This document shows positions 31,458 to 42,853 of a stretch of 64,000 nt of DNA, piece by piece. The DNA comes from Nitrospirota bacterium (GTDB taxonomy: Bacteria > Nitrospirota > UBA9217): positions 160,001 through 224,000 of the forward strand of contig CAWBNQ010000001.1 of assembly GCA_963790205.1 (NCBI GenBank), given 5' to 3'. How positions within the stretch are numbered: position 1 is the stretch's first letter; every line of letters begins with the position of its first letter. The position numbers were made by a program, and so were the translations under genes. The notes beneath the pieces are model-generated. The model did not search any database and had not been told where the DNA came from. It was given only the letters and a program-made list of their open reading frames with translations.

Positions 31458-32824
31458 GTTTTAGTTTCTCCAGTACCTCTTCCCCGACCTTCCACACGTC
31501 GCCCGCGCCAAGCGTGATCATGAGATCGCCCTTCTTCAGCACGGTTGCCATGTGGTCCGCAATTTTTTCCTTTTCTGCGATATACGTGACGTCCTTATGG
31601 CCGTGACTCTTGATGCCTTCGTAAAGCGCCTGGCCGGATACGCCGGGAATGGGCTTTTCCCCCGCCGCGTAGATGTCCGTAACGACCAGTTTGTCCGCCT
31701 GATTGAAGGCGGTAAAGAATTCCTCGAGCAAATGCTGCGTCCGCGTATAGCGGTGCGGCTGGAACACGACCACGACCCGGCGCTCCATGCCCGACGCGGC
31801 CGCCGCGAGCGTGGCCTTTACTTCCGTGGGATGATGGCCGTAATCGTCTACAACGATGATTCCGTCCACCTCGCCCTTGATCTGGAAGCGGCGCTGCACC
31901 CCGCTGAAGTCTTTGAGCGCTTTCCTGACAATTTCGAGGTCGATGTCCAGTTCCCGCGCCACGGCAATGGCCGCGAGGCTGTTGTTGATATTATGCACCC
32001 CGGGCACGGAAAGCTCGAACCAGCCCAGGTCCTCGTCATGGTGGAGCACTCTGAAGCGCGACCCGAGGGGCTTGAGGGAAACCTCTTTCGCCTGGTAGTC
32101 GGCCTGCGAGCTCAGACCGTAAGTCCGGTACCGTTTCTGCACCAGCGGAATGAGCGCCTGGATGTGGGGCTGGTCCAGGCACAGGACCGACACGCCGTAG
32201 AAAGGCACCTTGTTGATGAAGGCCAGGAACGCTTCCTTGATCTCGTCGATGTCCTTGTAATAATCGAGGTGCTCCGCGTCGATCGTCGTGACCACGGCAA
32301 TGGTCGGCGAAAGCTTGAGGAAGCTGCCGTCGCTTTCGTCCGCTTCGGCCACGAGGAATTCGCCCTGGCCGAGCTTGGCGTTCGTGCCGAGGCTGTTCAG
32401 TTTTCCGCCGATGACGACCGTGGGATCGATGCCGCCGGCGGCGAGCACGGTGGCGACCATGGAGGTCGTCGTGGTCTTGCCGTGCGCGCCCGCGATGGCC
32501 ACGCCGTATTTGAGGCGCATCAGCTCGGCGAGCATCTCGGCCCGCGGGATCACCGGGATCTGTTTCTCCCGCGCCGCCAGTGACCTCGACGTTGTCGTTC
32601 TTCACCGCCGAGGAGATGACCACGACGTGCGGTGAGGTGACGTTCTCCGCGCGGTGGCCGATCGAGATCTCGCCGCCCAGTTTTCGGAGCCGCTCCGTGG
32701 TGTCCGATTCCTTCATGTCCGAACCCGAGACCTTGTACCCGAGGTTCAACAGCACCTCGGCGATGCCGCTCATGCCGATGCCGCCGATGCCGACGAAATG
32801 AATGTGTTTAATTTTTTTGAACAT
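31438..32824 (-). CDS. murC: UDP-MurNAc--L-Ala ligase; +1 frameshift ~32580
   Basis: [12 protein letters not shown] in one frame; [24 protein letters not shown] in the next. Confidence 0.95.
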
Positions 32825-33885
32825 AGTCCTTGCAGATCCCTGCGATCTCCTCCGCCGCGGTATTCGCCATACGGGATGCGGAGGCCGTTCCCGTTACAGC
32901 ATATTTTTTTATCCTGTCTCTCAGCAGCTCCGCGGTCAGGTCTTTCTGCACAATGACCTCCGCGTTGCCGCGGTCGGCCAGTGCCCTTGCATTGTACTCC
33001 TGATGGTTGTCCGCCGCAAAGGGAAAGGGAACCAGCACTGCCCGCTTGCCGCAGACGGCAAGTTCCGCCACCGTCGTGGCGCCCGACCGTGAAATAACGA
33101 GGTCCGCGGCCGCATACGCGCCGGCCATGTCGTGGATGTAAGGAAGCGCCACGGCCCTGATGCCTGATGCGCCATATCGTGCGCTGACCTCGGCGAAGTC
33201 CTTCTCTCCGGTCTGATGCAGGACCTGGATATTCTCCGCATCTTTCAAATATGCCGCTGCCTGCATCATGGCCATGTTGATGGCATGTGCGCCGCCGCTG
33301 CCTCCCAGGACGAAGACCGTAAACCTTTCCGGTTCAAGGCCGAAGTCCGCAAGCGCCCTGCCGCGGTCGCCCTGGTCTATCCCTTTTCTGACCAGCGGCC
33401 CGAGCGTCGTTGTTTTCTTCAGGAGGGAAAAATCCCCGGGCGGCCGTCCCCGGAAAGCAAAGGATCACCCTGCTTGCCAGCTTTCCCAGCCTGCGGTTCG
33501 CCAGCCCGGCATAGGAATTCGGCTCCACAACGATCAACGGGATGTGAAGACCATACGCGGCCACGCCGACCGGTCCCGAGGAATAGCCGCCGACCCCGAT
33601 CACCACATCCGGTCTGACCTCGCGAAGCAGGCTCCAGGACTGGAGCAGGCCCAACGGAAGCGTAAGCATTGTTCTTATGCGTGAGAGAAGCTTCATGCCT
33701 TTGAGTTTCCCGACGGTTATAAAGCGCACCGGCAGCCCTTCCTTCGGCAGCACCTTTGCCTCGATTCCCTGTTCTGTGCCCACAAAGAGCACTTCATTGC
33801 CGCGATCCCTGAGAAGCTCGCGCGCTATGGCGATCCCCGGATACAGGTGCCCTCCCGTTCCTCCGCCTGCAATAATGATCTTCAT
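32808..33885 (-). CDS. murG: MurG glycosyltransferase; +1 frameshift ~33425
   Basis: [10 protein letters not shown] and GGYSS, then [21 protein letters not shown] in the shifted frame. Confidence 0.95.
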
Positions 33886-34011
33886 ACCGCCGTCCGGCGC
33901 TCCGCCTTGGTCCTGCTTTTATTCCGCATTCCGCCTGCGGCCAGCATTTACGAGCCTGCACCCGCGTTTGTGAGTGGAACCGCGAATGCAGGGTGCATCC
34001 CGAATTCCGCA

Positions 34012-35130
34012 CTAGTGTCTCACGCTCTCTCTCGACATGCTCAACAGCACCCCGAGCGCGCCCAACGTGACCACGAGTGACGAGCCTCCGTAGCTCACGA
34101 GCGGGAGAGCAATGCCTTTTGTCGGCAGCAATCCGGTAACGACCGCCATGTTGACCATGCCCTGGGCGCAGATAAGAACGGTGATGCCGAGCGCAAGCAT
34201 GCGGCTGAACATATCGTCCGCGGCGAGCGCGATACGGACCCCGCGCCACAGGATGACGAAGAACAGCGCAAGGACCGCGAGCGCCCCGATCAGGCCGAGT
34301 TCTTCGCCGATCACCGCGTAAATGAAATCCGAGTGCCGCTCGGGCAGGAACAGGAGTTTCTGTCTTCCCTCACCCAGTCCCCGGCCGAACACGCCGCCGC
34401 TGCCGAAGGCGAGGAACGACTGAATGATCTGGTGTCCGGCGCCCTGCGGGTCCGCCCAGGGATCGAGGAAGGCAAAAATCCTGCGCGCCCGATAGGCGCT
34501 GTGCGTTACGGCTATGTACAGAAAAGGCAGTATGGCCAGCGCTGTTCCGCCAAGGTGGAGAAGGTTCGCGCCGCCGGCAAAGAGCATGATGCTCACCACG
34601 CCCGCCAGCGTCATGGTCGCGCCGAAGTCCGGCTGGAGAATGACAATGACGAGAAAGATGCCGGTCACGACATAAGCGGGGACGAGGCCATTCATGAAAT
34701 CACGAAGGCGTCCTCCCTTTTTTGCGATAAAGTAGCTCATATAGACGACCAGAGCGAACTTCGCAAGCTCTGAAGGCTGGAACGAGAACATGCCGAAGCG
34801 CAGCCAACGCCGTGATCCGTTGATCATTTTCCCGATCCCCGGCATGAGGGTTGCGGCGAGCAGGATCAGGGAAACAGCAACGAGCCCGATTACGGCGCGC
34901 TGGTCCCCGAATATGCGATGGTCCATGCGCATCGTGACTGCCATCACCGCGAGCCCGACGAGCGCCCAGAGGATCTGGCGCTTCATGAAAAATGTCGGGT
35001 CGTTATAGGTCGTCAGCGCCACGACGCTGCTCGAACTGTATACCATCACGACGCTGATGACGAGCAGCATCAGGATGGCGAACAAAAGCGGTTTATCGTA
35101 ATGGGCCTTAAGGTTTGTACTGCTCCGCAT
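34012..35130 (-). CDS. ftsW: FtsW (SEDS)
   Basis: FQPSELAK, LQPDFG, LPERHSDFI, SYGGSS. Confidence 0.96.
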   Translation of the reverse strand: MRSSTNLKAHYDKPLLFAILMLLVISVVMVYSSSSVVALTTYNDPTFFMKRQILWALVGLAVMAVTMRMDHRIFGDQRAVIGLVAVSLILLAATLMPGIGKMINGSRRWLRFGMFSFQPSELAKFALVVYMSYFIAKKGGRLRDFMNGLVPAYVVTGIFLVIVILQPDFGATMTLAGVVSIMLFAGGANLLHLGGTALAILPFLYIAVTHSAYRARRIFAFLDPWADPQGAGHQIIQSFLAFGSGGVFGRGLGEGRQKLLFLPERHSDFIYAVIGEELGLIGALAVLALFFVILWRGVRIALAADDMFSRMLALGITVLICAQGMVNMAVVTGLLPTKGIALPLVSYGGSSLVVTLGALGVLLSMSRESVRH

Positions 35131-35149
35131 TTCACACTCCGAACTCGCG

Positions 35150-36487
35150 TTACAGCGCGTTCACCGCTTCCTTAAATTTCCTGCCGCGGTCTTCAAAGTC
35201 CTTGAACATGTCGAAGCTCGCGCATGCGGGGGACAGGAGCACCACATCTCCCTGTGAGGCCCGCGCCGATGCAAGCCGCACCGCGTCCTGAAGCGTTTTG
35301 GCGAACACCGTCTCCGTTGCCGTGCCGACCGCACGCGCCATCTTTTCCGCGGCCTTGCCGATCAGGACCAGGAGCTTCACTTTCTGCTTGAACAGCTCAT
35401 AAAGCGGACGGAAATCGCTCCCCTTGTCCAGGCCGCCGGCAATGAGGAGCACGGGCTGCGTGAACCCCTCGACGGACTTGACCACCGCGCCGACGTTCGT
35501 GCCCTTGGAATCATTGATGTACGTAACGCCGTCCTTTTCACGCACAAATTCGAGCCGGTGCTCGAGGCCGGGAAACTCCCCGAGCGCCGCAGCCACCGAT
35601 TCGATATCCGCACCTGCGCAGAGCGACAACGCCGACGCGGCCAGCGCGTTCTCTATGTTATGCACGCCCTTGATTTTGATTTCGTCGACAGGGATGATCC
35701 GTCGTCCGTTGAACATCAAAGAGCCGTCGAGCACGCAAGCGCCGGGGTTGAACCTCTGCAACCGCGAAAAGGGGATTACCGTTGCCGCAGTCCGCTTCGC
35801 CATCGGCTTGACGAGGGGATCGTCGAAATTCAATATCAAAAAGTCTTCCTTGTCCTGGTTCATGAAGATCCGCGCCTTGGCCCCGGCGTATTCGGTCATG
35901 TCCCGGTAGCGGTCGAGATGATCCTGGGTGACGTTCAGGACCGCGGCTACGCGCGGCCTGAAGGTCTCGATGTCCTCAAGCTGGAAGCTCGAGAGCTCGG
36001 CCACGATCCAGTCCTGCCCTGAAAGCAGGCGCGGATTATCGGTGAGGGCGTTGCCGATATTCCCGGCCACGAGTACCTTCTTCTTCGCCCGCGCAAGCAT
36101 AAGCCCGGTGAGCGTTGTGACCGTGGACTTTCCGTTCGTGCCCGTGATACCGACGTAGGGGGAATCCGACAGCAACCACGCCAGTTCCAGTTCGCTGATC
36201 ACCGTTACCCCGCGCCCTCGGGCTGTCACGATCTGCGGGATCTTCGGCACGCCGGGAGAAAGCACCACGAGGTCCGCCTCGATGAAAGTGCGGTCCAGGT
36301 GTCCTCCCGCTTCCACCGTGATGGCGCCGCTTCCGAGCGCCTTTACCTGAGCGGCGAGCTCGCCCAGCGGCTTCTTGTCCGTGACCGTGACCCGGGCGCC
36401 GAGCGCATGGAGCGCCCGCGCGGCGGCAATGCCGCTCCGAGCCATCCCGACGACCGTCACTTTCTTGCCTTGAAAATCAACCTTCAC
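35150..36487 (-). CDS. murD: MurD ligase
   Basis: GTNGKSTVT, ELSSFQLE, NDSKGTN, LSPACASFD. Confidence 0.97.
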   Translation of the reverse strand: MKVDFQGKKVTVVGMARSGIAAARALHALGARVTVTDKKPLGELAAQVKALGSGAITVEAGGHLDRTFIEADLVVLSPGVPKIPQIVTARGRGVTVISELELAWLLSDSPYVGITGTNGKSTVTTLTGLMLARAKKKVLVAGNIGNALTDNPRLLSGQDWIVAELSSFQLEDIETFRPRVAAVLNVTQDHLDRYRDMTEYAGAKARIFMNQDKEDFLILNFDDPLVKPMAKRTAATVIPFSRLQRFNPGACVLDGSLMFNGRRIIPVDEIKIKGVHNIENALAASALSLCAGADIESVAAALGEFPGLEHRLEFVREKDGVTYINDSKGTNVGAVVKSVEGFTQPVLLIAGGLDKGSDFRPLYELFKQKVKLLVLIGKAAEKMARAVGTATETVFAKTLQDAVRLASARASQGDVVLLSPACASFDMFKDFEDRGRKFKEAVNAL

Positions 36488-36620
36488 CGTGCCTCCGACC
36501 CAAATCTTTTCACCACAGAGATCGCAGAGGAAGGTATATCACGAATTTCTTGTCTTCCTCTTTTCGCCCTGCTTTTCTCGTTGTTCTCTGCGCCCTCTGT
36601 GGTAAAGAGTTTTTTTGTTC

Positions 36621-37703
36621 TCACCTCAGCTTCAGCGAGCCGATCGACATCAGCGCCAGGATGATCCCCACGATCCAGAACCGTACGATGACCTTGGATT
36701 CGGGCCAGCCGATCTGTTCGAAGTGATGATGAATGGGGGCCATTTTGAAAATGCGCTTGCCCGTAAGCTTGTACGACGCCACCTGGAGCGCCACGGAGAT
36801 CGTCTCGGCAACGAAAATGCCGCCGACCACCACGAGGATAAGCTCGTGCTTGGTCACCACGGCCACGGTGCCCAGCGCGCCGCCGAGCGACAGCGACCCG
36901 ACGTCGCCCATAAACACCTCAGCGGGATGGGCATTATACCATAGAAAACCGAGGCTCGCACCGAGCAGCGCGCCGCAGAAGATCACGAGCTCGCCGCTGC
37001 CCGGGATGTACAGGATCTTGAGGTACTCGGCGAGGATCCGGTTTCCTCCGATGTACACGATTACGGCATTTGCCGTAGCCGCGATCCCCACAAGCCCGAT
37101 AGCCAGGCCGTCCAGGCCATCCGTCAGGTTCACCGCGTTCGAAGAGCCCACGATGACCACGGCAACAAAGGGAATGTAGAACCACCCCAGGTTGATGAAA
37201 AATTGTTTCATGAAGGGCACGGAAAGGTAGGCTGCCTGGCGGTCGCCGGAAAAGTAATAAAGGAAAATCCCGATCGTAAGCGACGCGACGATCTGAAGCC
37301 CGAACTTGTGTTTGGCGCTCAAACCCTTGGACCGCTTTTTTACGACCTTGAGGTAGTCGTCCCAGAAACCGATTCCGCCGAAGGCGAGGGTGGCAAAGAG
37401 CACCACCCATACATACTTGTTCGTGAGATCGGACCAGAGCAGGGCAGAGCTTACGAGCGCAACGATAATCAGGAGGCCGCCCATCGTGGGCGTGCCCTGC
37501 TTCGACAGATGGGTCTGGGGTCCGTCGCCGCGCACGTGCTGGCCCACCTTGAGCCTCCGGAGCCAGGCGATCATGATTTTGCCCAGCAGGAAGCTCACGA
37601 TGAGCGCCGTAAGCACCGCGCCGGCGCTCCGGAAGGTGATATACTTGAAAACGTTAAAACCGCTGACACGGTTATGGAGCGGATATAATAAGTGGTACAA
37701 CAT
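36621..37703 (-). CDS. mraY: Phospho-MurNAc-pentapeptide transferase
   Basis: KQGTPTMGG, NLTDGLDG, FMGDVGS, APIHHHFE. Confidence 0.97.
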   Translation of the reverse strand: MLYHLLYPLHNRVSGFNVFKYITFRSAGAVLTALIVSFLLGKIMIAWLRRLKVGQHVRGDGPQTHLSKQGTPTMGGLLIIVALVSSALLWSDLTNKYVWVVLFATLAFGGIGFWDDYLKVVKKRSKGLSAKHKFGLQIVASLTIGIFLYYFSGDRQAAYLSVPFMKQFFINLGWFYIPFVAVVIVGSSNAVNLTDGLDGLAIGLVGIAATANAVIVYIGGNRILAEYLKILYIPGSGELVIFCGALLGASLGFLWYNAHPAEVFMGDVGSLSLGGALGTVAVVTKHELILVVVGGIFVAETISVALQVASYKLTGKRIFKMAPIHHHFEQIGWPESKVIVRFWIVGIILALMSIGSLKLR

Positions 37704-39070
37704 CAGAACTCCTCCAGAATCTTTTCCATTTTCATGCCGCGGGACCCCTTGATGAGCACCGCGTCGCCGTTCTTGGAATATTTTTTGAGCAGGTCCGCGG
37801 CCTCGGCGTGAGATCCGGCCGCGAACAGGCGGCTCTTCGGCATCCCTCCCTCGTGCGCGCCTTCAAGCATATAGTTCGACAGTACGCCCACGGTAATGAG
37901 CACATTCACCCCGAGCCGGGCCGCGGTCCTGCCGATCTCCCGGTGCGCCTCCTCGGTCGCGTCTCCCAGCTCGAGCATGTCGCCGAGCACGGCAATTGAC
38001 TGCATGCCCGTTCCGAGTGAGATCAGCGTTTCGAGCGCGGCGATTACCGAGCCGGGGTTCGCATTGTAATAATCGGCGAGCACGGTCCTGCCGTGGACAA
38101 GTTTGAGCTCGGAGCGCATGGCCACGGGCGCAAAGTCGTCGAGGCCGGATTTGACGGCATCCGGGGACATACCCGTAGCGATCGCCGCGGCGGCGGCCGC
38201 GAGCGCGTTGTAGATATTATGCCTGCCCACGGTCCGGAGCCTCACGTTGACCTTCGGGCCGCCGGCCGTGAGCGTAAAATCCGTGAAATCCCTGCCCTGC
38301 CTGGCCTCCGAGGCGCTCACCTCCGCCCGGGTATCGATCCCGAAGGAAATCACGCGTCCGTTCCATCTTTTCCTGAGCGTCTCGAAATACCGGTCGTCGG
38401 CGTTTAATACGGCGGTCCCGCCGGTCCTCAGGTTCCCGAGGATTTCCGCCTTGGCCTCGGCCACCATGTCCATGGTCCCCAGGAATTCGAGGTGCGCCGG
38501 GCCGATATTCGTGATGACACCCACATCGGGGCTCACGAGCCGCGCGAGAAGGTCGATCTCGCCGGCCGCGCTCATGCCCATCTCAATTACCGCTGCCCGG
38601 TGTCTCGCCTCGAGCTTCAGGAGCGTGAGCGGCACGCCGATGTGATTGTTCAAGTTGCCTTCGTTTTTGAGCACCGGCCCCTTTCGCATCATGATGCCCG
38701 CGAGCATCTCCTTGGTCGTGGTCTTGCCGTTGCTGCCGGTAATGCCGACCACGGGTATGGAATATTTTTTCCGGTTCATGTGGGACATCTCCTGGAGGCT
38801 GAAAAGCGTATCTTCCACCGGCAGGATGTTTTTGAGAACGCCAAAGCTCTCATACTTGTTCTCGAGTACCGACCGATCGACCAGGGCGCCCCATGCGCCT
38901 TTCCTGATCGCTTCGGGTACAAAATCATGCCCATCGAACCGCTCTCCCTTGATGGCAATGAAGAGTTCACCCTCTTTTATGCTCCTGGAGTCGATTGATA
39001 CTCCCTTAATAGCCATGCTCCCCAACTCCCCGACAATTTTTTCCAGCAGTTTTTTTTCAGAATCGATCAT
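37703..39070 (-). CDS. murF: MurF ligase
   Basis: GSNGKTTTK, NNHIGVP, DYYNANP, LGDMLELG, KGSRG. Confidence 0.96.
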   Translation of the reverse strand: MIDSEKKLLEKIVGELGSMAIKGVSIDSRSIKEGELFIAIKGERFDGHDFVPEAIRKGAWGALVDRSVLENKYESFGVLKNILPVEDTLFSLQEMSHMNRKKYSIPVVGITGSNGKTTTKEMLAGIMMRKGPVLKNEGNLNNHIGVPLTLLKLEARHRAAVIEMGMSAAGEIDLLARLVSPDVGVITNIGPAHLEFLGTMDMVAEAKAEILGNLRTGGTAVLNADDRYFETLRKRWNGRVISFGIDTRAEVSASEARQGRDFTDFTLTAGGPKVNVRLRTVGRHNIYNALAAAAAAIATGMSPDAVKSGLDDFAPVAMRSELKLVHGRTVLADYYNANPGSVIAALETLISLGTGMQSIAVLGDMLELGDATEEAHREIGRTAARLGVNVLITVGVLSNYMLEGAHEGGMPKSRLFAAGSHAEAADLLKKYSKNGDAVLIKGSRGMKMEKILEEF

Positions 39071-39124
39071 GGTTCAATTTCGGATTGGCATTGCCGTACC
39101 TGCGGCGCAACCGCAACGTTTGCT

Positions 39125-40669
39125 CTAATCCGCATTCCGCAATCCGCAATGCAAAATGCTTTTCCTGATTTCTTCACGCGCGGCCTCGCGGTCGTCGTAA
39201 TGGATTTTCGTGTTCCCGATGATCTGATAATCTTCGTGCCCTTTTCCCGCGAGCACGACCACGTCGCCGGGTTTCGCCATGCCGATCGCCGCGGCCACCG
39301 CAGTCTGCCGGTCGGGAATGACAGCGTACGGCGTCCTTCCTCGAACAGGGTCCGGCGCCGCATCAGGTGACGGCATTCTCATGCCCTCTGTCATGCCCTG
39401 CTCGATTTCGCCAATAATGCTCAGGGGGTCCTCGGTCCTCGGGTTATCAGAGGTGACGATCACGACATCGCTTCCGCGGATCGCGGCAGCGCCCATCTTC
39501 GGCCGCTTGGTCCGATCGCGGTCGCCTCCGCAGCCGAGGACCGTGATGATCCGCGAGCTCGCGAGCTCGCGCACCGCTTCAAGGAGACGGATGAGGGCAT
39601 CTTCGGTGTGCGCGTAGTCTACGACAACACCATAGGGCTGGCCCTCATCCACCTTTTCCATGCGGCCAGGAACGGCCTTCATATTTTTTATTCCGCGGCT
39701 GATCGCCTCCGTGCTGAAGCCCAGCGCCGTCCCGATCCCGACCGCAGTCAGGATGTTATGAATATTATGCCTTCCCACGAGCGGCGATTCTACGGGTACC
39801 GCACCCGACGGCGTAGTAACCTCGAAACTAAGACCGCGGATGCCGTGTTGAACGGTCCCTGCGGGCTGAACGTCCGCCCGGGCCGCCATGCCCGTCGTGA
39901 TGATCTTCGCCTTCGTTGCTTTGATTATTTCCCCGGCGCGTGCATCATCGAGATTGACCACTGCGCTCCGGTCCGGCGCAAGTCCGGAAAACAAGAGGAG
40001 CTTGGCCCGGAAATAAGCGTCCATGGTCCCGTGAAAATCAAGGTGGTCCTGGGTCAGGTTCGTGAACGCGGCGGCCGCAAATGTGCATCCGAGGGTCCTC
40101 CCGAGTTCAAGCGCGTGCGATGAGACCTCCATGACGCAGTGGGTCGCGCCGAGGCCGACCATTTCCGCAAGGAGCCGCTGGAGATCGAGCGATTCCGGCG
40201 TGGTGTTCGGCGCCGGGTACACGTTGTCGCCCACGCGGTAGTCGATGGTGCCGATCAGTCCGGCAGCGCCCCCTGCCGCCTCGATGATGGCTTTTACGAG
40301 GTAGGCCGTGGTGGTCTTGCCGTTCGTGCCGGTAATGCCGATGAGCGCGAGCTTCTGAGACGGATGGTCATAGAATGCATTCGCCAGAAGCGCGAGGGCC
40401 CGGCGCGAGTCTTCGACAACGATCTGCGGCGTGTTTGTGGCAGCCGCCGTACTGCTGTAACGCTCGGTGACCACGGCGACCGCACCCAGCTTTACGGCCT
40501 GTAAAATAAACAGGTGGCCGTCCGAGTGAAATCCTCGCACGGCCACAAAAAGGGAACCCGGTCTTACTTTCCGGGAGTCATAGGCAATATCCAGCACCTC
40601 CCTGTCCAGCCAGTCCGGCGGCAGAGACGATGGCCTTTCAAGCGTACCTGCTAATTCACCAAGCTTCAT
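39125..40669 (-). CDS. murE: MurE ligase (DNPR, meso-DAP type)
   Basis: GTNGKTT, MEVSSH, DYAHT, SDNPR, AGKGHE. Confidence 0.97.
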   Translation of the reverse strand: MKLGELAGTLERPSSLPPDWLDREVLDIAYDSRKVRPGSLFVAVRGFHSDGHLFILQAVKLGAVAVVTERYSSTAAATNTPQIVVEDSRRALALLANAFYDHPSQKLALIGITGTNGKTTTAYLVKAIIEAAGGAAGLIGTIDYRVGDNVYPAPNTTPESLDLQRLLAEMVGLGATHCVMEVSSHALELGRTLGCTFAAAAFTNLTQDHLDFHGTMDAYFRAKLLLFSGLAPDRSAVVNLDDARAGEIIKATKAKIITTGMAARADVQPAGTVQHGIRGLSFEVTTPSGAVPVESPLVGRHNIHNILTAVGIGTALGFSTEAISRGIKNMKAVPGRMEKVDEGQPYGVVVDYAHTEDALIRLLEAVRELASSRIITVLGCGGDRDRTKRPKMGAAAIRGSDVVIVTSDNPRTEDPLSIIGEIEQGMTEGMRMPSPDAAPDPVRGRTPYAVIPDRQTAVAAAIGMAKPGDVVVLAGKGHEDYQIIGNTKIHYDDREAAREEIRKSILHCGLRNAD

Positions 40670-42398
40670 CGTGTCACCAGAAGCATCCTGCCTCCGTTGT
40701 CATCGGGCGGGACCTGGAGATATGCCAGGCTCTGCTCCGCAATCGACTTAAACACCGGAGCCGCCACGCTGCCGCCGTAGATGTCCCCTTCGGGGCTGTC
40801 GACCATTACGAGGATCACGAGCTTCGGCAAACCGGCCGGCACGAAGCCCGCAAAGGAGCTGACGTAATACTTCTTTGAATAAGCGCCGGTCCTCTGGTCG
40901 ATCTTCTGCGCCGTGCCGGTCTTTCCCGCGGCGGTATAGCCGGACGGCCGCGCCTTTTCGCCGGTCCCCGCTTCGACGACCCGTTGCAGCATCTTATTGA
41001 CCTTGGCGCAGGTCTCCTCGCTCATGACGCGGCCAACGGCCTGGGGTTGGAATGTCTTCCCCTCGTTTCCGTCACGGTCCACGATCTTGGCCACGATATA
41101 GGGCTTCATGAGCGTCCCGCCGTTCGCGAGCGCACAGTACGCCGCGGCCATCTGCAGGGGGGTCACGCCGATCCCCTGCCCGATGGCGATCTCGCCGAGC
41201 GATACGCCGGACCACAGTCGAGGGTCCTTGAGCAGGCCCGCGATCTCTCCGGGGATGTCCACGCCGGTCTTGCTGCCGAAGCCGAAGGCGGTGATGTATT
41301 TGTAGAACCGCTCCCTGCCGAGCCTGAGCGCCACCTTGATGGTGCCCACGTTGCTCGACTCGGCGATCACGTCCGTGAAGGTCAGCACGCCGTTTTTGTG
41401 CGCGTCGCTGATGACCCGGTCCGCGACCTTGATCTTGCCGGCGCTGCAGTCGACCCGTTCGAGGGGGTGGACGACCTTCTCTTCGAGCGCCGCGGCGGCC
41501 AGGACCGGCTTGAAGATCGAGCCCGGCTCGAACGCGTCCGCCACGCAGCGGTTCCGCCATTCCTCGGGCCGGTAGTGCTGCGGCTCGTTCGGGTTGAAGG
41601 GCTGACCGGAGCGGGTATGCGTACGCACGGCGAGCGCGAGCACCTCAGCGGTCCAGGGATTCATCACGATGCAGACGCCGCCCCTGGCCCGGGCCCTGGC
41701 GAGCGGCGGCATCAAGTTCTTTCTCGACGATGTGCTGGATCACCTCGTCGATCGTGAGGATGATGTCATGGCCCGGCTTCGGAAGCTTGTACTGAAAGCC
41801 GGGGCCGCCGGGAAAAACCGTCCTGCCCACGGCGTCCTTCTCGGCGAGCACCCATCCGCTCACGCCGCGAAGCGTCTTGTCGTAGGCAAGTTCCAGTCCT
41901 TCAAGACCTTCGTTGTCCATGCCGGTGAAACCAAGCACGGGAACCGGCCAGCGTCTTATTTGGATAGAACCGTCTCGATTCGGCTTGCAGGCCCACCTCG
42001 CTCGAGTCGAGGTCTTTCACCTTTCTGGCTTCGGCAGGCTCCACCTTGCGGCTGAGCCAGACAAAATGTTTGTCCCCGGCGAGCTTCCGCTCGAGCATGC
42101 GGGGGTTCTCGTGCAAAATCCGGGACAGCTGCCGGGCGACCTCCCGCGGGTCCTCTATCTTCGAGGGGACGCCGTAGACCGAATCAACGTCCAGGCTCAC
42201 GGCCAGTTCGCGCCCCATGCGGTCGTAGATGGTCCCCCGCGTGGGTTCGAGTTCCACCAGGCGCTCCTGCTGCCGCTCGGCGCGCGCCGCGAGTTCAGCC
42301 CGGTCGTAGACCTGGAGATAGACGAGCCTCAAGGCCACGAGCGCGAAGCCCAGGCCCGCTATCAAGAACACTGCAAGTATGCGTCCCCGTCTCTCCAT
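40666..42398 (-). CDS. ftsI: FtsI / class B PBP; two +1 frameshifts (~41943, ~41706)
   Basis: RGTIYDR, GLEGLE, EPGSIFK (SxxK), SSN, KTGTAQ across three frames. Confidence 0.93.
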
Positions 42399-42502
42399 GG
42401 AGGTAACTTAATGAAAGGCTGTAAAACTCAACCGTCAAAATCCGGAGGTCAACTCAAACACCGATGATCGAACGTAAGCGCGCCATTAAACCTTTTTTGT
42501 TT

Positions 42503-42853
42503 TCATTTGGACGTTGAACTTTCTATTTCAGAATCCGTTTTCCTTTTCACAACCACGATATTATCTTTTGAAGGCATGACCATTCCCAGCTTCTTCTCCG
42601 CGATCTCTTCAATGCGCGCGGGAGACGCCAGGCTGGACGCTTCTATCCGGAGGGATCCGTTTGCGCGCTCCAGGTCCTTCTTCTCCCTCTCCAGTGCATC
42701 GATCTGGTACCCGAGCCGTACGATTTTCACCTTTCCGCCCACGTACAGCAACAACCCCGTGATGATGAGCAGGATGATCAGGGCCCTCCGCAGGCCCCCC
42801 CGCCTGCTGCGCTCGAATACGAAAAACCCGATGTCGTTTGTTCGTGTAGTCAT
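42503..42853 (-). CDS. ftsL: FtsL
   Basis: TM segment plus coiled coil, RIEEIA..KLGM; located between rsmH and ftsI. Confidence 0.88.
   Translation of the reverse strand: MTTRTNDIGFFVFERSRRGGLRRALIILLIITGLLLYVGGKVKIVRLGYQIDALEREKKDLERANGSLRIEASSLASPARIEEIAEKKLGMVMPSKDNIVVVKRKTDSEIESSTSK

Noticed and set aside
39093..39122. Further micro-element copy between murE and murF
   Set aside because: Small TGCGG/CCGCA hairpin lacks the CAGGGTR end, and removing it does not clearly restore periodicity
27089..42398. Pseudogenisation of peptidoglycan/division genes (wall-less lineage)
   Set aside because: Catalytic motifs are intact, there are no in-frame stops or deletions, and all lesions are single +1 insertions
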